The position numbers and the translations under genes were made by a program. From NCBI GenBank assembly GCA_965178125.1, contig OZ237770.1, positions 1-64,000 on the forward strand: 64,000 nucleotides of DNA, given 5' to 3'. Positions 50,301 to 61,885 of this stretch are shown piece by piece (position 1 is the stretch's first letter; every line of letters begins with the position of its first letter). The notes below the pieces were generated by a model. That model made no database searches. It was given only the letters and a program-made list of their open reading frames with translations, and was not told the DNA's origin. This stretch comes from Bilabrum cf. latius. Taxonomy: Eukaryota.

Positions 50301-50579
50301 GGGATGAATCGGGTGCGCGGGGCCGCGCTGATGGTGGGCAGGCACGCAATCCTGCGACAGGGCCTCAAGCGCGCCGGGACGGGCATTACTAGACCATAGA
50401 ATGGAAATACGGAGATTCAGGCTGCAGCATAGGACTAGTCCCAAGCGGCACCCCCTTACAATTAGTTGGGGCGGAAACCCCAAAACGTCGTTAAGCTTGG
50501 GACTGCAAAGCAAGGACAGTAGGGGGATCCAGGTGGCGCGGCTACACTGGAGGCATCTGCCCCAGGTTCGCAAGTGTAA
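41352..50579 (+). CDS. Four-domain voltage-gated Ca2+/Na+-type channel alpha subunit (intronless, 3075 aa with TAG=Gln)
   Basis: Four 6-TM repeats with S4 segments (LRAVRALRPLRSI; LRLLRIVRVFRL; ARVLRCTRPFRS; LRFARLFRVAR), pore loops TQEGW/AGQGW/SGEAW/TGEGW and a C-terminal EF-hand-like segment. One frame from ATG 41352 to TAA 50577 with about 26 TAG. Confidence 0.9.
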
Positions 50580-50760
50580 CGATCCACGAGCGCGGTTGAT
50601 CTGTGATCCGATCCGTGCGGGTGTCTCGAGTATGCATGGCATCATGATAGGATCCGATAGTTCGCCTGTGGCTGGTTACAGCACAAAAGAATACTAACAT
50701 GTACGTCTGCTTCTAGTCGCCAAGCAAAGGAATTCAATTCACCCGGATGATAGCCACCAC

Positions 50761-53700
50761 TCAGTCCGCAGAGCGCCCATCGTCACTCATCGCATGACCT
50801 CTGCCTCCGGTCACACTCACACCCGAGTTGCCCCCGCCACCGACCCCGCCCTCCCGATCTTCTTCTATCTTTGCCTCCAGCGACTCCAGCGCGGCCCGGA
50901 TGTCCCCAGCATCCCTCGGGCCCAGCTCCAGCGCCCGCCCGTACAGCTCCACCGCCTCCTCCCGCAGCCCCAGCCTCCGACTCGCCCTGGCCGCCAGCAC
51001 AAGCACCGCGGGCTCCCTGGGACACACCCGCCTCAGCCGAAGCATGAGCCCTCTCGCGCCCCTCGCGTCGTTGTCGTCGTCCAGCCTCCATCGCGCGGCA
51101 GCAAAGAGCGCCTGAGCGTTGCCTCCGTCCTTCCGGAGCGCCTGCACGGCCTCTCTCAGAGCCGCCTTCTTCTGCCCCCCCGCGTGCAGGGCGTGCGCGT
51201 ATGCCACCCGCAGCGAGGCGCTGGAGGGGTGCAGCATGACAGCCTCACGGTATGCCCCCGCTGCGTCTGCAGGCGCGTCCCTTCTCATCATGGACATGCC
51301 CAGGCCATACCAAGCCCTGTAGCAGCGGTAAGAAAACTGCAGCGCAGTGCGGTACCTCTTCTCAGCAGCATCCAAGTCACCGCAGGCCAGGTGCTCGTGG
51401 CCTGCCAGCACGTGGACAGTCTCCGATGTGGGCGCGAGTCGAGAGGCGCGTCGGAAGCAAGCCAGGGCGCCCGCGTGGTCTCTCAAGAGCGCCCTGTTGT
51501 TCCCCTGGACCACCCATGTCTCCGCCCTACCAGGTTGTTCCCTGGCTAGCCGTTCGGCCAGCAGCCCCAGCTCACCAGCCCGCTGCAGCTGCCACAGCGC
51601 TGTCGACAACAGCACAGGGGCCCGAGGCTCCCTGCAGGATGCATTGCACGATCGCTGCAGGAACCCCGCCGCCAAAGCGTACCGCCCCGCCTCCAGCTCG
51701 ACCTCCCCGCGCAGCGCTAGGGCCAGGGGGCTGTCCCCGTGTGGCTGGGGCACGGCCTCGATGGCCTGTCTCGCCCGGTCCAGCCGCAGGCAGCCCAGCT
51801 CCCGCGCCGCGGTACCAAGCAGTCGGAGCAGGCCGAGCACCTGCTCGAACCCGGAAATCAAACTCTCCTTATTTTCCCTCGCCCTCTGCCGCAGCGCCTC
51901 CGACAGAGCCCCGAGCATCGCGCCCGCCGATGGGCCCTCTTGTTCCCTGGACTGTTCCCTGGCCGAGCTCTTCGCAGCAGAGTCCCCCACGTCATCGTCG
52001 TCGTCCTCGTCGCCATTACCGCCCCTGCCGCTGTCCTCCCCACCCGACGCGCCCGTGCCACCGGCGCACTGACCAGGAGCACCTCGCTGCTCTCCAGCGG
52101 AACCGGAATCTGCGCCACGTACTGGCGACCCTTGTGCCGCCACTACGCTCGCTGCAGACGTGCCCCCAGTGGCTGGGAGCGACCTGGCCCCCTGTCCCTG
52201 TCCATGTCCCTGTCCATGCCCCTGATCACCCCCCCCTTCCGTGATACCTTGGCCCTCGCCCGTACTAGTGTTCGGTTGCGGCGTCTCTTCAGAAGCAACG
52301 GGCGTGCGCTGCACACGCGCTTGTTCCCTGGACCTGGCCCTGGATCGCGTCATGGGTCGGGTGTCCTTGATAGCATGCTTCCCTGGCTTGTCACCGTGCG
52401 CTATCGTGCCGTGCACCCCTGCCCGCTCCTCCTCTGCGACCAATTTCCCGGCAGGCGTGCCCGAGGAGGGAGACTAGTCCGTGTACAGCTGTCTGCCCCT
52501 GCCCCTGCCTTCGTCCTTGCCCGCAGCGGCACTGTGGGGGGGCTCCTGCCGGGGGATGATCCCCATGGCGGGGGTATAGGGTCCCGCGGGAGTATGTTCC
52601 GCATCGAATCGCGCGGCGCTCATGTCCATTTCCGCCTCATCGCGGCCCCTTTTGTGAGGCGCAGTCATGGAGGCGCTCGATCGAGCGGGGGCCGCCAGCG
52701 CACCGGAGTGCAGTGCACCTCCTGATGAGGACCCCAGCGGGTTTCTGGCCCCGGGTGGGGTGGCACCATGGGCGGAGGGTGGGTGCGCGGCGCCCCTGGT
52801 TCCGCTGCCCACTGGGGTATCGGCAGCGGCGAATGCCAGTCGGCTGCGGGCCGTGTGCCTGGGGAGTGCGGGCGGGCCAACGGCGGGGCCTCGGTGCGCG
52901 GCGCCACCGGTTCCGCTTCCAACGAAACGGGAGCGATCGAACGGAGACCACACCGGAGCGGGGCTCCAGTGCGCGGCGCCGCCCCCGGTTCCGCTGCCCG
53001 CGCCCACCGGGCTCAGCCCAGCAATGGATCCACCGGCCAGAAGGCGCCCTCCCCCGGGGAGGAGCACAGGGCCGCTGCTCCGATCCATTACGGAACCGGC
53101 GCCGCGCGATTCAGCGGCGGGAGTGCCGGGCAGACACATGGGCACCGGCGGGGTGAGGGCGCAGGCAGCCTCATCCCCTGCCAGCGGTGGAGGGTGCTGG
53201 TGGTGGGGCTGGTGCTGGTGCTGCCCGGGCTTTGGGCGTGACGGTCCATCGTCTGTGGCATGGGCGTGCGTCCTCGGCGTGCTCGCAGCGCCGTGCAGTG
53301 CACCCTAGTGCCCCGCCGTCCCGCCCGCTCCGGCCCGCATCGTTCCCTGGATCGTCACACCCAGGTCCTCGGGGCCGGCACCTCCCTTCACTGCAGAGGC
53401 AGGCCACGACGGGACCGGCCTGTCATCGGCGCCGCGCGAAACTGCGGAACCAGGGGTTCCGGTGGAGACCCGCGTGGCGATTTCAAGGGCGGCATGGAGG
53501 GACCTGTTGAGCGTGCGGCCCGTGCGCCGGCGTGCGCGGCGCCCAGATCCGGTTCCGCTGCCGCTCCGAAGGCCGGATTGCTGGGCTGCGCCCCGAGGCA
53601 TTGCGGAACCAAGAAAGGCGCCGCGCGCGTCGGAATGTGCCTCCGGCACGGCAGACAAGCCGCCCGCGCTCGGGGGATGCAGGTGCTGCGGCGGGTGCTG

Positions 53701-55083
53701 GTCCGCGACTCGCATGGTCTCTCTGGCATCGGCGAACATAGACGAAGGTTCCCTGAGATCCCCCGCCGACATGGCTCCCTTGGAGGAGGGGGCCGAGGAA
53801 GCGGCGCCGCGCAATCGGGCCCGGGCGATGCGCGGGTCCGTGGAGACCTCCGAGGGAGCGTCGGATCCACCGGTGGATCGACCCATGCCGGTGCGCGGCG
53901 GTTCCCGGTACTGCTGACGTGGTGCGGTCCGTGGGTCACCAACCTGACCCTGCTGATCGTACCCTCCAGATGCAGGCGGCCGCTTTGCGGAGCTTCCTGT
54001 GTGTGCGCGGCGCCGGATCGCGAACGACGACCCAGATCCAGCCCCTGACCCCACCCGCGCGCCACCCTCGCTCGTCACACCTTTGCCGGAGCCCGAGTGT
54101 CTGTCTCGCCTCCTGCCCCTAGAACCCACCGCCCGCCCAGCAGCCACAGCGGCCCCCGCCGCCCCCATGTCCGCCCCTGCCCCCGCCGCTGCAGGTGCCA
54201 GGAGCTGGACCAACGTGGCGCCCGCCGCCAGCTGGGAGCTCGCAACGGCCGCCGCAACGGCTGCCTGCGCCGCTGACTCCCCACTCGTCACACCCATGGC
54301 ACCTGTACCATCCGCAGCCGCTTCGAGGGCATCGGCCGCTGCTGTTTGCGCGGCGCCTCCCACCTGAGTGGCGAGCGCGCTGCGGAACCGCTCGCTCATC
54401 GCGAGCACGTGCCCTGCTGGGGGCGCCTTCCCCATCCTAGCCATCCTCTCGTAGGCACACCACATGAAAGGATCGTGCGCCAGGACCGCGGCATACACCC
54501 CCAATGCGTCCTCCAGCTTGCCCTGGGCCTCGGCCACACGGCCCAGCAGGTACAGCCCCGCCGCCCCGTTGGGGATGCGGGAGCAGTCTCGGCTCAGGGA
54601 CTCGAGCGGGAGTGGGGCGCCGTGCAGGCCCGCAGGGCGCAGCAGAGCCTCTGAAGCGGCTAGCAGCTGGCCCTCTTCCACGAGCGCGCGAGCAAGCAAG
54701 TACTGGTTGGCCGCAGCTGATGATGGTCGCAAGATTTCGATCGCCTCCGGGCGGCGTCCCGCGTAAATGTAAGCACACGCTGCCAGATGAATGTACGTCT
54801 CATTGTTTGGTTCGAGAGATATGAGACGCTCCGCTAAGAACGCCGCAGTGTCGTGGAGGTGCAACGAGAGATAGTGCTCGATGAGCCGAACCAGAGGCGG
54901 GCCCATCTGGCTCCGCTGCTCCTCCAGACCTTCTAGCTCGCCATGAGGGTTATACCTGCGAGTTTCACCTCCCTTGACGGAAGACAAACCCGAAAATCCT
55001 ATCGAACGCTAAGCGATAGGTCTGGTCTAGCTGAATGGCGAGCTGCCAACACTGCCGCTGGCACCTGAAAATTGGCCCCCCAT
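50761..55083 (-). CDS. CDC27: Anaphase-promoting complex subunit 3 (Cdc27), TPR protein
   Basis: N-terminal AAFLAERL...HDPFMWCAYE and C-terminal TPRs (LSTALWQL, ETWVVQGN, LAGHEHL, YRAWYGLG). Fragments share one frame joined by TAG (53305, 52474, plus two upstream); ends TGA. The start could be a downstream Met. Confidence 0.85.
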
Positions 55084-55306
55084 GGCACGAACTCCGCCAT
55101 CTCCAGGAGTGACACCACCTCCTGGTGTACCAAAATTCAGCATGGCTTCGTGAACAGCGTGATTAGCCACAGGCGTTTATTTGCTCGGGCTCCCTGCCCA
55201 ACGAGTGCGAAAGTTGACGCCGCGCAACGGAACCGGGTGTTTGTTCCGTTGAAATCCGGCGCCAACCAGGATTTGTAGATCTGGCTGTCAGGGAAGTAGG
55301 ATCAAA

Positions 55307-56564
55307 ATGTTCAGGAACAGCTATCAGCACGGATTCTTGAGTATTCTGTTTTCGATTGGGTGAGCAGATCATATCTGAATTAGGCCTGCTTGGTCGCATC
55401 CCTCGGGTACAAGTGATCCGTTGCAGGTTGCAGCCATCCAACGGGGCGGGCGTAGGCCCAACAGTATTGCATTGTGATAGCATCTAACTGATACTTGTAT
55501 ATTTCATGAGGCGGCTGAGTCGCACGACTTGCGCTGTCGCCGTTGCTGGGTGGCAATGAGGATCTGACTGCGAAGTAGCATCCGGAAAATCGCCCGTTTT
55601 ATTGCGCTCCTAACAGACTTTGTGCTACCAGCACACGCCTAAACTACTGATTTATTATCAATTTGACTGCCGCAGAAGCAAACCTTTGCAAATTTGGGAC
55701 AGCAAGGGTGAGATTGACTAGAGGCTGCCGCAACGGCAATATGCTCGTTGAACCTTGCACAGTAGCACGCACTGTTGCCGCGCAATCAAGCCCACTCTTC
55801 CGGTCGCACCCGCCATACTTGTATTTGCAGTAAAGAATGGGCACATCAAGCGAATCAAGGATGGTGACATCAATTCCAGTGTGCTCGAGGTTTGCGGGAC
55901 GAATGTAAGCACCACCTACATCACCTGCCCGAACCACCCGAAGCGAACGCTTGGCATCAAGTTGCCCTTCTTGGTAATGATTATTAAGAACTTGAAGAAG
56001 TACTTCACGTTCGAGGTCACGGTGCTGGATGACAAGAACATCAAGCGAAGGTTTCGAGCGAGCAACTACCAGAATGTCACGCGGGTGAAGCCCTTCATCT
56101 GCACAATGCCGATGAGGCTGGACGAGGGCTGGAACCAGGTGCAGTTCAACCTGAGTGATTTCACGAGGCGAGCATACGGCACGAATTTCGTCGAGTGCCT
56201 CCGCGTGCAGATCCACGCCAACTGCCGCATCCGCCGCATCTACTTCAGCGACAAGCTCTACAAGGAAGCGGACCTTCCCAAGGAATTCCTCCTCTACATG
56301 AAGAAGGACGAGGTGGACCCAGGCATGGACGCAGGTGCCGGCGCCATGGCCATGGAGGAGGGGGGGCCCGCGGGCGGGGGCGCCGCCATGGAGGACGAGC
56401 ACGCGGGGGCTGGTGGCGAGGTGCCGATGGCCATGGAGGAGGCAGGGGAGGAAGGGGGTGCTGCACCCATGGCGGAGGGGAAGGAGGAGGGCGGTGCTGC
56501 CCCCATGGAGGGAGGTGAGGAGGGTGGCGCGGGTGGCGCTGTGCCTGCCGGTGGCGAGAGCTGA
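55307..56564 (+). CDS. CFAP20: Cilia- and flagella-associated protein 20 (BUG22) with an acidic Gly-rich tail
   Basis: [33 protein letters not shown]...[23 protein letters not shown]...[17 protein letters not shown]. Two introns; ends TGA. Confidence 0.95.
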
Positions 56565-56866
56565 GCGTTCACGTGGCTTACTTGTAGTGCAGCAAGGCGA
56601 ATGCAGTAGGGGGTGTTTTGGCGGGCTTGCTGCCGCGGGCACCGTGTCTTGGGTCGTTCGTTGACCGGAACAGGGACTATTTGTCACAAAATGCATCGAT
56701 TTTTTCATACTCATGGAGTTCTTGCGTTGTTACATCGCCAATTGGCCAGAGAACTCTTTTTCTGATTTTGTCGGACTCGGAATAAAAGCTCGCAACTGGT
56801 GCACAGCCCAGCGATTCGTCAAGTGCGGCACATCCCGTTACAAGTGAATCTCTCCGCTCTCAAAAT

Positions 56867-58551
56867 ATGCCAAAGAAAGGATCAAAAGAAGATGCCGAGC
56901 CTCGCGTGCTTCTTGGCCGCCCCGGGAACAACGTGAAGATGGGAATCGTTGGTCTTCCGAACGTAGGCAAATCAACTTTCTTCAACACGCTTTGCAAGAT
57001 GAATGTTGCGGCAGAGAACTACCCGTTTTGCACGATTGATCCGACAGAATCTCGTGTAACAGTTCCTGTGAGTTGTGTGCTAGGCTGGAGCGGGGACAGC
57101 CCCATTCTCCCAATGTGTGTTGCAATTGTGTTTCAAGCACAGAGAAAGAATCGCTAAATCTCAGAATCCAAAACTGCATTCGTATAGTATTCGAGTTTAT
57201 TTTGCGCAGGATGATAGGTTTGATTGGCTGGTGAAGGCCTACAAACCGAAGAGCGAGATTCAGGCCGTGCTGACGGTGACTGACATCGCTGGCCTGGTGA
57301 AGGGGGCATCTGCAGGCGCCGGTCTCGGCAACGAGTTCCTTTCAAACATCGCCTCTGTCGATGGCATCTTTCACATGTGCCGGTGAGCCGTCATTTGCCC
57401 TTTTGCTGTTCCCCGTTCGCCCCCCGCACAGCTTCACGGTCTCCAGTCGCAGAGAGGGGAGCACTCGCAGTGCTTTTCCTTGCGGCTTGCACGATGTACC
57501 GCCCCCCACTATGCACATTGGTAGTATATGCATTCATATCCGCAGTGGCTTCCCCGGGGAGAAGGTGACCCACGTGGAGGGCAGCGTGGACCCCTGCAGG
57601 GACCTGTCCATCATCATGCGGGAGCTCATCCTCAAGGACCTCGCCAGCGTCAAGAAGTGGCTGCAGGCGCGCAGGCGGAACGTGTGCAGGGGCACTGCAT
57701 CCAAGGAAGACAAAGCAGAGTTCCTGGTGATGGAGAAGGTCTACCGATTCCTGAGAGACCCGGAGTTCGCCAAGACCATGATGCTGGAGCCCGCCGGAGG
57801 GGCTGGGGGGGCCGCCAAGGGTGGGGCCAAGAAAGCTGCCGCGGCGGTGTCCAGCGCCACCGCTGGCGCGGGCATGGCGAAGATCGCAGAGAAGGGCCTC
57901 GAGGACGAGGAGGAGGAGATCCCCGAGGATGCCGAGCTGGGGGCGCAGGTGAGGTTCGGGAAGTGGGCAGCCTCTGAGGTTGAGGTGCTCAACAAGGCAC
58001 TGCTGCTGACCAGCAAGCCGGCCATCTTCCTGTGCAACCTGAGCGAGAAGCAGTACTGCAGCAAGAAGGCCAAGTGCTTGCTGGAGATCAAAGCGTGGAT
58101 CGACGAGAACTGCCCCGGCGAGAAGCTCATCCCGTTCAGCGCAAAGTACGAGAGCAAGGTCTTCAACCTCGCCGAGGAGGACCCAGCCAAGGCCACGGCC
58201 TACATCAAGGAGAAGGGTGGCAAGTCCATGCTCCCCAAGATCATCAAGGCGGGCTACCACAACCTGGGCCTGATCCATTTCTTCACGGCAGGCGAGAAGG
58301 AAGTCAGGGCCTGGAGCATCCGGGCGGGCATCCCAGCGCCCAAGGCTGCCGCGGTGATCCACACGGACTTTGAGAAGGGCTTCATCCAGGCAGAGGTGAT
58401 GACCTTCGACGATCTCAAAGAGGCCGGGAACGAGGCCGAGACTGCCAAGGCGGGCAAAAAGAGGACCGAGGGGAAGGCCTACATCGTCAAGGACGGCGAT
58501 GTGTGCTTCTTCAAGGTAGCCACGCTGGGAGGAGGTGGCAAGGGCAAGTGA
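56867..58551 (+). CDS. OLA1: Obg-like ATPase OLA1/YchF
   Basis: [55 protein letters not shown]. Introns at about 57068-57209 and 57383-57545; ends TGA. Confidence 0.95.
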
Positions 58552-59473
58552 GACGGCGTGTGGCACTCGAAGTGTGAAACGGGGGCTGGCCTGGTTGACA
58601 AGTAGTGCAAGCTCCCCTATCACATCAGCCTTCGACTCATCTGGACCAATTGAACCGCAATGCAATCTCAGCATCCGTGAATTCTTTAGCTACGTAAATT
58701 GAATCCATATCCGGCGGATCAACTAATGATCTTGGATCCTGGATGCTCGGCGAGTGCTGCAGCCGGGTCACTCCACAAGTCAGTTTCATCCAACAGTCTG
58801 GTCCCAGTACCGGATCCGTTGGATTCTGATGACAACCCCAGCTGGACTCCCCCTGGTGATTTTGGGATTAAGTTAAGATGGTCTACACCATCTACACAAG
58901 CAGTCTAACTACAGCAGTATGGTTTTCCTCAATGATTAGAGATCTGGACGGAGTTAGCCACCCTTAGGCGGCAGTAGACTAGGGTATGTCAGCGAACTCG
59001 AGCGAAAACGACATTAATTAAATACCCGCAATTGATCCTGCGGAGGGCTACCCATCTATGAATCAAACTAGCCATGCTATACTTTTGCATGGAGCGACAA
59101 GATCAAAGAGCCCAAACCTGCTCGTTTGTGGGAGGTTATGCAGTCAATGACCATACCTAACTTTAATTGCTCCCCACGCATCCAGTCTACCGTACGGGTA
59201 TAATCCCACATGTGAACCTGGCAAGTATCCGGATCCATTTGCTTTTCGAGGGGTACATTAGTTGGCCTCCATCGTGAACCACATTGCCAATCTAAAGCTT
59301 GCACGGTAACTGGTTCAATCTAGTTGGTAATTCGAAGCGAAGGTTCGCGAAGATAGAGGGTTCTAAACGGAACTACGGCCGTTGATGCTCAGCTCAGTTG
59401 TGAGCAGAGCTATAGAGACGTACTTTGTTTCACAGTCTTTATATATAATTCGTTAAGAAATTTAAAGTTGAAT

Positions 59474-61885
59474 ATGGAAGGTTTAGTAGCAGAAGTGCGT
59501 AGCGCTGGCCTGCAGGCTTTGCGGGACGCAGATGCGGCTACTCGCGAGTCAATCAATCAAGCCGTGAAAAGCGAGCAAATGGCCCCGCTCTTCGCGACAG
59601 ACCCGTGCAATGCGCTTGTGCACTATTCCAGTACCAATATGGCGGAAGAGGCAGCGAAACACCTCGCCGCAACAGCACTCGCAGCCCTTGGTACGGCTGC
59701 GCGCGACCAACTAGCCCCGATTTTTAGGTCGTTCTTCGACAGTGGCACGTCAAACTACGCCTCAGCGCGCATGACTTGGTGGCTTGCCTTCGGTTTTGCG
59801 GGAATGCTTCGTTCGCCTGAGAACGTCGACGTCTTCAGCGTGTGGACGGATGATGGTCTCCCGAGCCCCGCAGGCGCGGATTCGCCAGCACAAGAGTGCT
59901 TGGCATCGCTGTACGCTTCAGACCTGTACTCCAACTTGTTTGTACCTGACATTCCGAGCGGTCTTACAGCAAAATATCGGGCTGGACTCTTACAGCTGTC
60001 GCTGACGGCGCCGTCCGCGATCGAGGCGGCGACACTTGCAGCGGCGCAGACGTCCATTTTCAACCCGGCTCCCCACCAAGGCGAGCCAGCTCCGGCGGCT
60101 CCAGGCATACCGAACTTGCCTCAAGCAGATGCCGCAGCGGGTGGGGTCGGTCAACCCCCGGCAGGGATCGAGAACGTCGCCCCAGCGGCGGTGGCTGCGG
60201 CGGGAGTTGCCGGCGACCAACCTCAGGCGGCAGCACAACAGGGACCAGGGGAAGATCAGGCTCCGGAAGGGGCAGCAGCAGAAGATGCTGGCGACCCACC
60301 GCCCCCCCCGCCTGCATCGGGTGCGGGCATGAGCGCCGACGAGTTGATGCCGGACTCCCCGGCTGGCAGCCCTCTCGGCTCCGAGTAGCAAAGGGCATCT
60401 CTACTCCATTTCCTATAGGTTCACTTGTAGGCTATTACGCAAGGCGACCTCCAGACAGATCAAGTCGCCGACATTGCCACCGAACTCGGCCTGTTCAAGG
60501 GTCTGGGTACTATGGGCACCAACAGCACCGCGACTACGGTGATCTTGCTGTTGCGTCCATTGCTTCAGCACTGTGGTCACGAAGGCTCAGTGGACTTTTT
60601 CAGCGAAGCCCTACATCGGGTCGGAGACCATGTACGCAAGAGGCACAAGCTGCGCGAGGCCTGCATCTCAGCGGGTTTCCTCGCGGCGTTCAATGAAGTC
60701 GACGAGCCGAAAGCCGGCGACTAGCAGCAGCCAGCATCGGGGGCCCAGTCTAAGCCCGCCAAGATCCCGGCGTTCTCACCTGCCTCGCATGCTACGCGCG
60801 AGGAGATCCTCTCGGAACTGCGGAAGACCTCTCCTACAATGATGCAAGCAGCAAAACCGGACGCTGCTCTCGCACAATTCGCCCAAACAAGCGCGGCGAC
60901 CGGCCCAGTGGGAACTCAACTCCTCTCCGCGGCCCTAGGCGAAGAACTTATGGGGCTGCTCCCGACCGGGCTCCTGGATATTCTGGTGCGTACGCTGGCG
61001 AAGTTCTCGGGTAACTTGGTCAGCATCAAGACAACATCGGGGGCGACTGTGCGAGAGTGGACCACTAGTTCAACTGTTTCAGCTCAACAGCTAAAATCAT
61101 CAGCCCCGGCCACGCACACAGTGTTGGACCGAAACATCCGGGCACTTCACCGGGGCACAACCGCTGTTCTCCAAGTGGTCAACAAATTGCGGGACCAAGC
61201 TGCAGCTGAGGGCCGACTGGCAGTTTCCGACGCACCTGAAGGAGACATTCGAGACCTCGTCCGGACTACAGTAGAAGTCTACGCTCGAGCAGAAGGCTCC
61301 AGCATCACGATGTCGGCCATTCCAGCAAAAGACGCCCAGGCCATCTTGGGACAGCTATAGCTCTGTCTCTTCAACGCCAACGCAGCGGCCGCATCCCTGC
61401 AGTAGCTAAGTGCGACCGTGAGGATCGCACTTAAAGAACGCGTCATGCGTATCCTGTTCACCGTTAATGTGGCTGCAAGTACTGGATTCTGGATCGACAC
61501 CAGACATGTGAAGCGTACCGATTTTATCGAGCTGCTCACGGAATTTTCCGATCAGGCAGCAGCAGCGCTGTTTGGCCCGGACCATGCCCAATGGACTCAG
61601 ATGTTGTCCTCAGGACAACAGGCGAGTACCAGGGATCATACTCGACGTGGAAATCGCAGCGCACCAGCCCAAGCGGGACGAGGCCGAGGTCAGGGCCGCG
61701 GTCAGGGCCGGGGTCGGGGCGGTAGAGGTCGAGGTCGAGGGCGAGGGCGAGGCCAAGGTCGCGGAGGCCACGGTCACCAAGCTGCGGACCGCGACTCCGA
61801 TACCCATTCAGGCCAGCCCGGTGAAAAGCGGTCGCTAGATGACCGGGAAGGTTCCCCGGCGGCCAAAAAGACGCCCTCGTCCTGA
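59474..61885 (+). CDS. Retroelement ORF1 (gag-like, 803 aa with TAG=Gln) with a C-terminal RG/RGG-rich region
   Basis: ORF-track fragments at 59468, 60512, 60839 and 61418 share one frame separated only by TAG; ends TGA at 61883. Confidence 0.75.

Noticed and set aside
38677-50579. Ciliate-type code (TAA and TAG both Gln)
   Set aside because: I found no in-frame TAA inside any traced exon, and TAA terminates Got1 at a plausible C-terminus and also ends the channel ORF.
58990-59400. Minus-strand ORF in the retroelement leader
   Set aside because: It is short even with TAG=Gln (bounded by TGA and TAA) and has no recognisable motif.
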